Shown piece by piece: positions 48,931 through 62,226 of a stretch of 64,000 nucleotides of DNA. Positions within the stretch are counted from its first letter, which is position 1. Each line of letters starts with the position of its first letter. Source of the stretch: Narcine bancroftii (lineage: Eukaryota); the NCBI RefSeq assembly GCF_036971445.1, contig NC_091477.1, positions 77,252,001-77,316,000 on the forward strand. The letters run 5' to 3'. The position numbers were made by a program, and so were the translations under genes. The notes under the pieces were generated by a model. The model did not search any database. It was not told the origin of the DNA and worked only from the letters and a program-made list of their open reading frames with translations.

Positions 48931-49798
48931 TAAATCGGAGTCTGACATCCAGGAGTCCTGGTCAATTGTCATTAAAGTGAAAAAACTCTCAAGTTTAGAA
49001 TCCTACATTGCACATTGGAAAGTGGTTGTAAATGGTGGTAAGTCATCTGAGCCTCAAAACATCACTGTGGGAGTTCCTCAGGGCTGTGTCCTGGGCCTAA
49101 TCATCTTCAGCTATTATTCTGGTTTCATTTGTTAAAGACTGAGTGATAGTCTTTGCCTGCAACTTTGTGATAATTTAACCAACAGGCAATGTATGTCCAG
49201 GGAGTGGAATGCCACCCTTTCCTCATCCTTTCCACTTCTAACATTTCAGTATGGACTGATAGGTGACCTGCCAATTTAATTTTTTTTTTCCTGTGATTCA
49301 AGGAGTAGATATGATTGGGGTGGGGTGGAGGAGGTGTGGAGAGTGAAAAGTTGATGTCCCTTCGATTCATTGTCTTCCAGATGTAATGGAACCTTCCTAA
49401 AATCCATTCTTGGTGGTAATGAATCTATTTCAATAAAGCAAAAACATTTTTATATAAAACTCAATACAACTCACTTAAGTATGACCAGTGACTGAATGCA
49501 TGAACATGCTCACATGACTTGTTGCATTCTTCTTGTTGCAGATGGTGAAGCTGCTCATTTTAAGTTGGAACTCGCTGCAGGACTATTCTTGAAGTGAAAT
49601 GAAGTCATCGTGCTGATTGCATTGGGTCATACTTGGCATTGTCACATTGCTTCTGGTGCTGCATGTGAGTGGACATGGACTCTCACTGGATGAAATGTCT
49701 GTGCACAAAAAGCAAGAAAATGAACATATTTAACGCTTGCATAATTTCAATTAATAGGAAAACTTTATTATCACTAACATGAACTTGCTTTTCTTCAG

Positions 49799-49822
49799 GA
49801 TTCTCCAGTAAATTGGACGCAG
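49799..49822 (+). other. Candidate 24-nt microexon
   Basis: Branch point CACTAAC (49772-49778), TGC then TTTTCTTCAG|, donor CAG|GTGAGG. Confidence 0.4.
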
Positions 49823-50149
49823 GTGAGGTTTTAGCACCTTCAGTCTAATGCATTTACTTCTAATGAAAACAATTTGCAAAAATATGGCTTAATTTATTTT
49901 TATACATATATTAATTTTAAAATTTTAAATTCTCAATGTTGCAGTCACCACTCTTCCATCCACAAGGGGAACTTTGGTATTGATATATCAGACACACATG
50001 TCTTTGTGCACTCCAAAAATTTCTGACCAGCTACTGAAGATTGATTGATGTTTCCTTCCTCGCCATGATGTGCTTTGTTGGAGGTTTTGTTATTCGCTTT
50101 ATTTTAAGTCTTTTTACCCTCTTCCCCCTGTTTTCTGCCTCCCCACTTG

Positions 50150-51130
50150 GCTTTAAAAATCCATGTGCCTATCCAAGAATCTTTTGAATCTCACTATTGT
50201 ACTAACCACCACCAACACACCTGGCATTGCATTCCAGGCACTCTCCACTCTGTTTAAAAAAAACTTACCTCTGATGTCTCCTCTATACTTTCCTCCATTC
50301 ACCTTAAATCAGTGGTTCTTAACTTTTTTGTTTTCACTCACATACCACTTTAAGTAATCCCTATGCCATAGGTGCTCTGTAATTAGTAAGAGATTGCTTA
50401 AGGTGGTATGCAAGTGGGAAGGGAAGGTTGAGAATTATTGCTCCAGACCCAATTGTTACTGAAATATTTTGCTTGAGAAAAATTGTAGTTGGCCCATTTC
50501 CTTTGGAGTTATTAAACCATGCACGTAACGAGTCCATTAGGTACGATTAAAACAGTTTTCAAATTTTTTCTTTCCATCCACATACCACCTTACTAATCAC
50601 AGAGCACCTATGGCATAGGGGATACTTAAAGTGGTATGTGAGTGGAAAGAAAAAGGTTGAGAATCACTGCAATAAACAGATATCCTCTGTCGTTTGCTAC
50701 TGTCACCCCAGGAAAGAGGTACAGGCTGTCCACCCTCCCTAAGCCCCTCATAATCTTATACGCCTCTAATCCATCACTTCACAGAGAAAGGCCCTAACTT
50801 CAAATGACATGTTCTCTAATCTAGGCAACATCCTGGTAAATCTCCTTTGCATCCTCTCCAAATATATCCTTCTGTAATGTGGTGATCAGAACTGACCACA
50901 CTACTCCAAGTGGGGTCTAACCACAGTTTTGCAAAATTACCTCACAGCTGTTGAACTCAATCCCTTGACAAACAAAGGCCAGTACACCGTATGCTATCCT
51001 ATCAACTTGAGTGGCAAACTTGAGGAATCTATAGACCTGGACCCCAAGATCTCTCTGTTCCTCCACAAAGACACTTACCTTTAACCACTACTCTGCCTTC
51101 AAGTTCAATCTTCCCAAGTCCATCACCTGG
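50150..51130 (-). mobile_element. CR1 3' fragment split by a composite MITE
   Basis: Reverse complement of the CR1 3' region (GGTGATCAGAACTGACCACACTACTCCAAGTGGGGTCT). Confidence 0.8.
50310..50669. mobile_element. Composite hAT MITE, copy 4
   Basis: CAGTGG...CACTG ends; decayed TSD CCTTAAAT / CAATAAAC. Confidence 0.88.
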
Positions 51131-53913
51131 AAAGTTCATGGTTTCTCAGCAAATTATTTCAGAATTTCTGTATTTATCTCATGATTATAGTTAAATATGC
51201 ACAATGGATAAATTTTCCTTTGTCCTAAAATAAGCACTGAGATCACATGACCAACAATTAAAAAAAATCTTTTAAAAGGCGCATTTGGATTTTTAATTAG
51301 ACAATTATGCATTTTGGACACTGGTCCCCAATGCAAGTATGCACAAAGAGCTTTTGACGGAGAGGCAAGAGTTGGATCCATGTTGTTGAATGGTTTGTAA
51401 TTTCAGCCACTGTGCTCCTTTCAATCATCTAGTAAGTTGCTCTTCCTAATTAATGGCATATAAACTAAAATACAACAGAGGAAGAAACTATTTTAATGGA
51501 GGATCAATGAATCATTTACTGAGTGACTGATTAATGACACGACATTCCACCTTCTAATGACAGCTGATGATAAAGAAACTGCCATGCTGTTTAATTAACA
51601 GTCAGTCATCTGGTTGGTATTGCAGGGATATCCTTTATAGAATGCACTTCAATTAATTTCATTATTTAAAGGCACTGCATTGAAAATCTATTGACTACAC
51701 TGTTATTTGTTTCCCTCTCTGAGAATTGCTTTGATTTTTTTTGTGCACATCTGACATGCTTAATATCGGAAGTGATTGGAGGATGCTGAATTAATAAAGT
51801 ATTACGTCCAATCATTGTACATCTGGTGTTTAGTTTGTTTTATTGGGTGCATTATTGGTAACTGCAAATATGGAATTAATATCTAGAATTGATATCCCAC
51901 GTGAAATATTTGTCTTCTTGGAGTGTTAACGTGTTTTATTGAGATACTTCAACTAGTCTTCAGCATAAGATAACATGTTTGTCTCTTGTATAATTCCAAA
52001 TAGATTTAATTTAATTTCCTGTGCACCTTTTGCTCGAATGGAACAAATGAGGTGGAAGTGAATCACTATCCAGAACAGGAATATGTATTAATGCTCAACA
52101 TGTTTTAGACTAAAATTTGTCTTAAATGGCACCTGTGTATTTCCAGAACAAATACAATATCAATATTCTGTCTATCCACTGAAAGCAGAATGTCTGTCAT
52201 AGTAAATGTATTCAAAATACTTATCCAGGGAAAGGAAAGCTTTTCCTCTCCTTCAGCAGCCACATTGGAATGAGGAGTAGAGGGAGAAATTCAGTATGAG
52301 ATAAAACCTTGGGATACAAAAGAGCAGAACTTGTTCTGCATCTCAACAATTGCTTCCTTGATATTAAGTACCATTTATCTGCTTCCTGTGATTTGAGCAT
52401 GCCAGTGATACTAAAGCAAAGCATACAATTAATTTATTTTTTACTCATGTCCAAAGAAAAGCCTGCATTGTCACATCAAGGTTTGTGCTGGGACATTATT
52501 CCAATATTATAAAGCCAAAGAATGCATTTTTTGTGACCAAGATATCTTTTGTATATGAGATATGGTTGGATTTTTACTGTTGATGTTGTTATTTTACCAC
52601 TAAGTTAAGTTCATTCTCCATTATTTGTCCATTTTTTAATTGTGTAGTGATTCTTTTCAAATATTGGGTGATGGGATTCAACTCCATAACTTACTAAACT
52701 TGAATGTTATTTCTATGGCAGAAATAAGTGTCTTTTATCAGTTTTGAGTCACCTACCTATTTTAAATGGCGGCAATCAGTCAACTGAGCACACATTCATC
52801 AATTATCACATATTTTTTTATTCACTGTGTAGGTGTTTTCCAGTTTTGTGTAGTTTTTTTTTCTTTTTTTGTTTTGTCTGGTGTAGAAATGTCGTAGTCC
52901 ACATGGTTTTTGTGTAATCTCATAAGGTATAAGTAGTATTATGGTTTGGAGGAATGTTATTTTGTTACTGGGTACTCTTTTACAGTCTGGTCTTAAATGA
53001 CAATAAAAGTATCATATTGTATCATATAACAATAGAAGTGAGACTCAGACTGACAGTTTATATTGTAATGGATCTGTTTTAATATTAATATTTAGGTTAA
53101 TATTAAGCTATATTTTTTTTATAAATATGTCTTAGGTAATGTAGTGTGTTTGGAACAGGGTTACACACACCCATACGATACATTCAAAAGTGAGGTCATC
53201 TTTCAGACTCTTGTCGTCTGCAAGCCAGAGTTATGAAGGTCACGTGGTTTCCAAGAAACTGGAGCTGACAAATGTTAGATTCCAGTAAATGGTCATATGG
53301 TTTCCAAAGATTGAGACTTGATATCATTGCTGATGTAATGTTACATGATTTTGAGAAATATATTGGCAAATTCAGACATTTTGAGGCAGTTCAGAAGTCA
53401 AGACCCTGTGGAACACACAGGACGGATCCTTGTGAAAGGCAGGGTTGAATTGCAGTAACCAGAATAGGAGATGTTATGTGTTACTCCGAATAAAATGGGA
53501 ATACACAAATGATAGGGGCTGTTATGTGTTACTGCTAATAAAAGGGGAATACAGAAATGAGAGAAGTTTGAAAGGAAGTCCTCTTTTTGACTGCTTTTCT
53601 TTTGAAAATTAAGAAAGCAGCCTCATCTTGGAAGGAAACTCCCTGACTCTTAACATAAGAGTAGGTTGAATTATTAGTGTGAAAGATTAGGAAGTCTCTT
53701 CCTGGAAAATGGCTCAACAAGTTTTGTGAGTTTGGGAAAATATAAGAACTTGAATGTTAACAAATACTTTGTTATTGCTTTTAAGCAGCAATTTAAAGAA
53801 ATCAGATGCTTCACTCTTTATAATTACTTCTGAATCACGATTTAAAAAGGATCCTCAAAGTTCAACAAGATCTTTGAAACTGGACTTCAAAATTGACTTT
53901 TTCAGAATCAACT

Positions 53914-54020
53914 ACACACACACAACACACACTCACTCACTCACTCACTCACTCACTCACTCACACACACTCAAACACACACTCACTCACACACACTCAA
54001 ACACACACTCACTCACACAC
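53914..54020. repeat. (CA)n/(CACT)n compound microsatellite
   Basis: Directly visible; abuts the gap. Confidence 0.95.
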
Positions 54021-54174
54021 NNNNNNNNNNNNNNNNNNNNNNNNNNNNNNNNNNNNNNNNNNNNNNNNNNNNNNNNNNNNNNNNNNNNNNNNNNNNNNNN
54101 NNNNNNNNNNNNNNNNNNNNNNNNNNNNNNNNNNNNNNNNNNNNNNNNNNNNNNNNNNNNNNNNNNNNNNNNNN
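54021..54174. other. Assembly gap (154 N)
   Basis: Run of N. Confidence 1.
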
Positions 54175-54554
54175 AATTTAGTTAAGTAAGAAATGTCATG
54201 TTATTAATAGTTTAATAAAAACTATTTGAATTTACCACTGTCTGATGAGTTTTCCATTGCTGTTCCTTTGTTAGTGCTAATAAGATGTTATTAGTTCATA
54301 ACAATATTTTTAGTGAGTTTTATTGCAATTGATATACATAATTCCTGTGAGTTTTTAAATAGCCTTGCCAAAGGTCCCAAAAGGAAAATCCATTGCAATA
54401 ATTGCCAATTGAACCTTCACTTGCATCAACCATATTTTAAAGTTGCCAATCCAGAGATTGGAGCCATCTAATATCCAACAAAATAGATTTTCTGATGGCA
54501 AAATTTTATGCATGAATACTTGATACATGTGCTACATTCCTAGTGTATTTAGTC

Positions 54555-54765
54555 ATTGCTCTTTGACCTACAATGTCCATGCTGACCAAATTGCCTACTT
54601 GAGCTTGTCCCATTTGCCTGCATTTGGCCCATATCCCTCGATACCACTCCTATCCATATACCTGTCCAAATGTTTTTAAATGTTGTAATTGTACCTGCCT
54701 CTACCAATTCCTCTTGCAGCTTGTTCCACATAACCACCAACCTCTGTGTGGAAAGTTGCCCATAT
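54555..54765 (-). mobile_element. CR1 3' end fragment
   Basis: STQRLVVMWNKLQEELVEAGTITTFK. Confidence 0.8.
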
Positions 54766-57700
54766 GAAGTCATCATTCATTCTTTCTTCCAACGTTCTCT
54801 TCTTGGCCTCCTCCCTGACTCTCTAATTTCATTCAACCAGACAATCTCTGACAACTTGCTATTTCTTTCATACCTGTTTCCTTTCTTCATACCGATTCTT
54901 CCCTCACATCCCATGAGCAATTGGGTACTTCCCATCCATCCAGATTTTAAGATTTGGACTTCCAACACTTTCCATCCCTCTACCCTTCTCTTATCTTTGT
55001 AAGTGTTCCTTAATATGTAGATTTCAGTCATTATCTTGTTAAAATGTCACCTTTAGTCTGATTACCAGCACCAGAAATTACCTCAGCACATTTCACTTTA
55101 TCAAAGTTACTGTATAATTACAACTCTTTGTGTCATGTTATATTCAGCAAAGACACCTGATGTGGTGAGCAGTTCACATTCCCAGTGAATCAGTGCCTTT
55201 TATCTGACTTGGATCTTGGTAAACATAACAATTTGTGGAAGTTGGATTGAGAATGTTATTGTAATCTGATTTAATATCGATGCCATGAAATTACAGATGG
55301 GTAATCGGGTGGGATGACCAAGGGCCATGATTCAGTCACGATTATTCAAGCGGAAAGGAAATGATAATATTCAGTGCAAGCTGAACTTTAAGCTCTAGTA
55401 CTGCAAAGTCAACAAATAAACCTATTTTACAAGAAACCTCAGAATAAGACTGCAAAAGTTTGGATTGACAATACATTAAGTATTCTGGTTGGTATTGACA
55501 CCCTAGTGACTGATGTCTGCAGGCAATGGTGGCCAAGGTGGAGAATCAAATATTTCTCTAAAACTTTGTATTTATTGGATTCAGGGTGATGTTTCCCTAA
55601 ATATTCTTCAATCCTGAGAATATTTGTACAGTATTTGAATTGAATGATTTGATCCGTACATCTACTCCAATTATTTGTATGGCTTTCTCTTCTGGTGAAT
55701 TGGGATATGCTATTTTAAAAGCAATCTTTTTGACAAATGGTGTCATTCTGGAATTTTATGTCTTGTTTTCAGATTTGTAGGATTAAGTTCTTCCTTTTGA
55801 CCCAGCAATGCAATCAATATTGTACAGCCTTTCCAAGACACTGGACATTGCTTTTATTTCCATTTGGTTAATGCAGACATATCAGTCTTTTACATTATAG
55901 TCTAAACAAGACCTCAGTTTAGTCGCACATGAAGAGATTAAGCAGTGTGGTTACAGCCAGTTAAGTTGCTTTGTTGCCTTCATTCTAGTAACAAAGTGAC
56001 ATTTTTGAGAGGGAGAGAATGATTCATGTCATCAGTATGTGCCTAAATAATGTGGTTATTTCAGGAAAAACAAATCCTTTTGGTCCTTAAATTACAACCC
56101 AATTATATATAAAAGTTCTGATGATAAAAGATTTTGATCCTTTGTGACATACTACATTCTCATGCTGAGTTTTGAACGAATATGTCCACTGGCAGATGGA
56201 GAAATTAATTTGCTTGATAGTTGAATTTTTAGCTGTTTGACTCATCTTCACGTTGCTTGTTGTGGTCTTTTCAGTATGTAAACATATTTTCATATTCCTT
56301 GTGACATAGAAAAAAGCTATTTGGTCCATAGTGTCAGTGTTGGTTCTGAGAGAAATGTCATCAATTCTATTTCTCCGCTATTTCCCCATTCTCTCTCATA
56401 TTTCCCTAATTCTCCTGCTATCCACCAACACTGGAGGAAATCTACAGCAACCAATGACCTACTCAGCATATCTTTGGGATGTGGGAGAATGCATATTGCC
56501 ATGGTGAAACCCACGAAGTTATAGGGACCAGTGGATGGCACCATCAAACCTGTCTTGCTAGAGACAAGGCAACAATTCTAACTGGCTGCACAAATGTACG
56601 GCCCTTCGCTTGATTTGTACCTCAGTTAATCTATGCAGTTGATTTTAAGGCTAGGTTTTAAATAGAAAGCTGCTCCTTCACTGAGCATATTTAATCTATG
56701 ATATTACTTTGGAAGAAAAACAGAGAGCTTGTTTCCTGTTTTTTTCCATGATTTTTATCCCTGAATGAAATTCCTCTAGTATAGACCAGTGAGTTATTGG
56801 TGAGACTTTACCATGTGTAAAATTATAGCAGTAAACAAACTTCAAAGATGGCTCATTGTATGTGAACAGGCATGGGATGCCCTGTGGCTCTGCAGAACTC
56901 AATGCAAATTCACTGGCGTAATAATGATCTAGTAGAGACAGGCACAGCTGCAACATTCAAAAGACATTTAGGTAGGTAAATTGATAGGAAAGGTTTGGAG
57001 TGACTTGGACTAAATTCAGGTAAATGGGACTAACTTTTGGGCTGATTTGATCGACAAGGAGAAGTTGAGCAAAAGAGCTTGGCTCTGTGCTCTAAAATTC
57101 TGTCATGATTGCATCAGTTGCGGGAAGTGGTGGTCACACAAACCCTGAACTCAGAGACCTCTATTGTCCTTCTAGCCCACAGGAACTGGTAGAGCATAAG
57201 TGAAGAATTAGCCTCCTTCTAAGCTTCCCTATTTCTCATTGCAAGGCATATGTAAATTTGTGTAGTGATGCTCCTTATCTGAAATAGCCCTGCGAGATCA
57301 CTGTGACAGATGTCATTGTTGTGGATATTATATTTCACCAGCAAGTCTTGGGTACCAAAAACAAGATGGCACAGGTTTAAAGTGAAAGGAGTGAATTTTA
57401 AAGAGGATCCAAAGGGCATGGGCCAAGCATGGAACTAGCTCAGGTCAACAGCTTGGTTTAGTTTGACTCAGACTCTAATTTATAACTAATGATTTTTTTT
57501 CCCCCTTCAAAGCAGAGTTGTTGCCCTCTGCAAAAAAATATGAAGAATTGACATGTATTTCTTTGCCAAGCATTTAACTTGTATATTCTCAGATGAATGC
57601 CTCTGTAGTCACAAAATGTTTATATCTTTTACTCGAACCATCATGTCAGAAGGTCCTGAATTCTCTTCATAATATTGTCTACCTGACACGTTGCTTTTCC

Positions 57701-59342
57701 TTTGAGATGGTCATCTTTGAGGAAAGATACCCAAACAGGCATTTAATTAATGAACATATTGCTGCAAATTAAAGGTGTGGGCATCACTGGAATGGCTATT
57801 GGAATATGCCCTGTAAAAGTGTTGGTGAACCACTACCTTGAACTGTTGTGGTGCTTCTGGTGAGGGCACTGTCCTAGCACTGCCAGGTATGGAGTTCTAG
57901 CATTTAGACCCAACGATTCAAGGAAGGAAGGATAGAAATATTCAGATGGAAACTTGGGCTGTGAAGCACTAGTCCAACTTGAGTTACAGGTCTGTCTAGT
58001 GTTGTCATTATGCAGGTTCTTATCACGTTTTCCCTCTTTTAGCTGCAGTATGAATGCAAGTTCCAGGAGAGCTAGTGGCTGCCTTCACTTTCCTTTTATG
58101 TCTCACCACCCAATATTGATAGAGCACTAATCTGCATGTGTGCAAGGGATACTTTACAGATTGATGGGCATTGATGCACCTTGTGAGATTAGGTAGCAGC
58201 TGCAGAGTTGAAGGGGTAAGAAATCTTTTGCATTGGAAACATTAGCAGAGAACAGTGAGAAGATGGAAGGACTCAGTGGGTGAAGGAGCATCCAGCTTGG
58301 TAAATTTTTCAGGTCAGGCCCCTTTACCTAAAGTAGGATGGGAAAATGCAAAGTATATGAAGGGGAGAAAAGAGGGGAGTACTGCTGCTGCTCTGTACAT
58401 GTGGCTAGCCCGCCCACTGATGACTCAACCCCATGAAACCCCTCCCCCTGTGACCTGGCCATAAAGTTCAACCTCCTTACTCCCTTCCATTCATTTGAGC
58501 ACATGGAATTGGGCCAGGTCACCTGGAGATGGTGCGGATCAAGGAGAAAAGCTGATGAGGAGCCCATGGTGATGGGGCACTGGATGGATGGATGGTGGCA
58601 GAAGTGGAGACATGGGTAGAAGAAGAGACAACAGTGGGGGGAGGAGGGGGATTGGATAGAGAGAATGGGTTAAATGTGATGGGTGAGAGAGAGAAAATGA
58701 GAAACAATGTAGGTAAAGAGTTGGAAATTGGAACCAGGTGGAGAAGGGAATTGGAAAAATGGAAAAGGCTATGTTCATGCCGTTGTGTTTAGGGCTGTCC
58801 ATGAGGAATTTTATGTGTTCTTAAGTTTATCCTCACCCTGACAGTGGATGAGGCAGAAGACAGGCATGTCTGTATGAGGAGAATTAAAAAGGCATTGGAT
58901 GATCATGAACAGCTCAATGGAAAAAAAAGTTAAAACAATTAAAACATAGTTAAAACTGCCAATGAAGATGACAATTGTACCCTGACATCACCAGTGCTCA
59001 GCTCACCATTTCAGTACACAAGAATATAAAATGTCTGAAGGACACAAGGATATAACTCTATGACTTATCCAGGTGTAGAGCACATGCATGAGACTGTGTA
59101 GTGCATGAAAACAACAGATTCCTCTGGAAACTTTTCTCTGCTCCCTTTGAAGACAATGTATGTATTGTTAATAATGGCATTTGTTTGATTATGATGATCT
59201 TGCTCTGAATTTTTCTAAGTGAGACAAACTATCCACACTCACTGTTTACACTTACCTTTTCTGCATCCATAAATCTAGGAAAAAATGGTTTGTGAACTGA
59301 ATAAGAAGTCTTGAATTGCAACAAAGATGTTGAGGGATATAA

Positions 59343-59943
59343 CACAGATAACAATTTTTTTCAAAAGGTTTGCTTTCTGAAAAGAAATTGGAGAATGATG
59401 ATAGACATCTTCAAGCTGAACACAAAGATAATTTCAGATTTGCTGTGTCATGCAGGTAGTTGAAGAAATATAAAATTAACTTTTATTGAATTTAGCATGT
59501 TTAATCACATAATGGTGCTGACACATTGCATTGGTTCAACCGACCTAAAAAATGCTAGTTTTGCCTTGATTTTTGTTTGTATTCAGCATCTGATGCCACT
59601 CAGGTCAGTGTACATCAATTAGTGATGGATTCCACTTACCCCGATACCACTTTTCTGTGGTGGCAAAATGCCCTTTCACCATATTCATCACTGATTGCAC
59701 CAAGATCAGCAAGGAAATGTGACGGCAGAACATTAATTTTCAACAACATGTTGTATTTGATGGTTTTGTCGAGTTGAAGTAGACTTAAAATGTGACAGGA
59801 AATCACAAAAATAGGTAATATCGAAAAAAAAGTATAAATTTTTATGAATTATAAATTTTTAAGGTGATTTTCATGATCAGCAGACCAAAATCTATATAGT
59901 ACATCCCAAAATGTTCAGGAAACAAAATCTTTGTTGTCCAGTG
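59343..59943 (-). mobile_element. Chapaev3-like (CMC) DNA transposon, deletion derivative
   Basis: TIRs CACAGATAACAA / TTGTTGTCCAGTG; minus-strand relic YNMLLKINVLPSH..ADLGAISDEYGER..TTEKWYRGKWNPS. Confidence 0.75.
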
Positions 59944-61247
59944 AATTGGGTGACTTGGGAGGAGGAGAGCCCAGAATAAGCCTGACCTATGAACTTAACT
60001 GGAAACTTTCTGTTGCCAGCTGTGCTCTCTGTCAAATATATGAAGAATTTTCTCAATGTTTCTTTATGTCCCTGACTCTTGTAAAAGTTAAACGCTTATG
60101 AATTAATAAACGATGAAACATTTGTTTAAGAAAAATGAAGAGACTAAATTAGGCACACTTAATTTAAAATAGTACAATGTGCCTTTTCCCCCACAAAGTC
60201 AAACAGTCCCCATTCAAGTAAATGGCCTCCTGGATCTGGAGTAAGGTCCAACCAGAGCACAGAATCTGAAAGCAGTGTCCCTCACTCTATGAGTATAGCA
60301 ATAAGCTCCTGCTTTGCAGTTCGAATTCATTCAGTCTCGTGATGAAGTGCATCTACTAAATCACCAGCAGTTTCATGATTTTGTTCAGGAATTTCACTTT
60401 CATCCTGTAGGCCTGAAACCATCAGCACTAATATTAAGCATGTAAAATCCAGGTCAGTACTTTCCTGATTTCCTGCTTCTTGGGGCATGGCATAGAAGTG
60501 GTTGGAAGACACTGGAGGGCAAGACCTTATTTCCTGCATCAACTCTTGTATACATTAATGAACAAATTACCACCCACTGAGTAAAGATTATTTTTGAATT
60601 GTCCCCATTACCCTCTGGTATTCTGATTCTCTTTTTATGAGGCCATTAATGAAAACAATGTCATTTTCTCTGAAGAGCAGTCAGACATACTATTCATTAC
60701 CGTACAACATTCATATATTGGCTTTCATTTCAAGATCAAAACAATAAGATAGAACAACTCATTGCTGCTTCAGTTTTGACATAGAAACCAAAATGAATAC
60801 TTGGAGAAAAAAGATCATTTCATTTGAGATTTATATTAATGCAAATTAGAAGGAAATATTCATGTTTCAATTTGTTTAACTGTACGAAATATTTGTTATT
60901 TTATATCTACTCGTATTTTTCATTTGTATAATGATATCACGATATTTGTCGGAACTGTAATCTTTCTTTCTTAATGAGAAAATGACTTGCACTTATATAA
61001 TAACTTTCATGATGTCAGGAAGTACTAAAGCTCTTTGTAGTCAATGTGTAGTTTTGAAATGTACTTAGTGTATGATGAAGGAAATGATTGTGTTTGTTTA
61101 CTCATAACAAATTCTCTGAAACAATGGTGCACTAATAATAAGAATCTGGCTTTTATCCTTATTTGACCTCCAAATGGATGCTGTATTTAGTCCCAGTTAG
61201 GGAAATCTTTCCTCAAAAAATTGCAATGGAAAATTTGCATAGAACCT

Positions 61248-62075
61248 TGTTGTGTGCAGAATAGGTTCCAGGGTTTCAAAGAGAATCAAGGCTGGACATG
61301 TGTTATAAACAAACAGTGGTCTTTATTTAAACACAGAAGAATTCACAAAGCGACACACACCGACAGATTACACAGCACAAAGGCAGATATTACTGAGAAA
61401 CAAAGGTTTAATTAGTTCAGCACCCACCACCCACAGACACAGTATACCACATAACAAATAAACGAGTATGTACACATAAACCTGATCTCCAGTGTAGCAT
61501 CTGCTCAGGATCCAGGAGAGGCCCATTGTAGTCAGCCCTTCCGAGCTGCCTGCAGCCTGGAGCTCAAAATGGTCACAACCATAAATTACAAATATGGTTG
61601 GGCAGCACAATGCCATTAAAGCACCAGTGATCGGGACCGGGGTTTGAATTCCACACTGTCTGTAAGGAGTTTGTATGATCTCCCCATGTCTGCTTAGGGT
61701 TTTCCCCGGGGGCTCCGGTTTCCTTCCACTGTTGGAAAGGTACCGAGGGTTGTAGGCTAATTGGGTGTAAAATGGGTAGCACAGGCTCGTGGACCCAAAT
61801 GGCCTGTTATCGTGCTGTATGTCTAAATGTAAAATAAATGTAAACCTAGTTTCCAACATTGACCATGGCTTGGGATCTGGGACTGGCCCATTGCAGCCAG
61901 CCCTCCAAAGCAGCTTGCAACCTGGATTTCAGGGAATGGTTTGAAAGCAGTAGGATAGAGCGAGAGAGAAAGAGTGTGAGAGAACATGCTAGGCTTTTTC
62001 AATGCAGGACACATCCACATGACCTTCGGACCAATGCTGCATCAGGCTCACCTGTGGGTAGATTTAACCATTGAT
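61248..62075 (-). mobile_element. LTR-like fragment interrupted by a V-SINE
   Basis: TGTTGTG terminus and minus-strand AATAAA near 61322; boundaries uncertain. Confidence 0.45.
61600..61830 (+). mobile_element. V-SINE
   Basis: CTGTCTGTAAGGAGTTTGTATGATCTCCCCATGTCTGC...GGCCTGTTATCGTGCTGTATGTCTAAA. Confidence 0.85.
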
Positions 62076-62078
62076 TGG

Positions 62079-62226
62079 AACAATTGGGTCTAGGGCAGTG
62101 ATTCTCAACCTTCCCTTCCCACTCACATGCCACCTTAAGCAATCCATTTCTAATCACAGAGCACCTATGGCATAGGGATTATTTAAAGTGATATGTGAGT
62201 GGGAAGAAAAAGGTTGAGGACCACTG
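62079..62226. mobile_element. Truncated composite hAT MITE, copy 5 (one arm plus part of the centre)
   Basis: AACAATTGGGTCTAGGG|CAGTGATTCTC...GGACCACTG. Confidence 0.85.

Larger units (their letters stand above)
53064..54303 (+). mobile_element. Long solo-LTR-like element, 4-bp TSD ATAT
   Basis: ATAT|TGTAATG...CATAACA|ATAT; AATAAA near 54214; internal (CA)/(CACT) microsatellite and gap. Confidence 0.75.

Noticed and set aside
53754-54189. Long His/Thr-rich ORFs
   Set aside because: Microsatellite plus N-gap artefact
59634-59642. Strong minus-strand donor GGG|GTAAGT
   Set aside because: Explained as the GK codons of the Chapaev3-like transposase relic
60327-60542. Acidic 71-aa minus-strand ORF
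   Set aside because: No family could be assigned; possibly an old transposon relic, but unsupported
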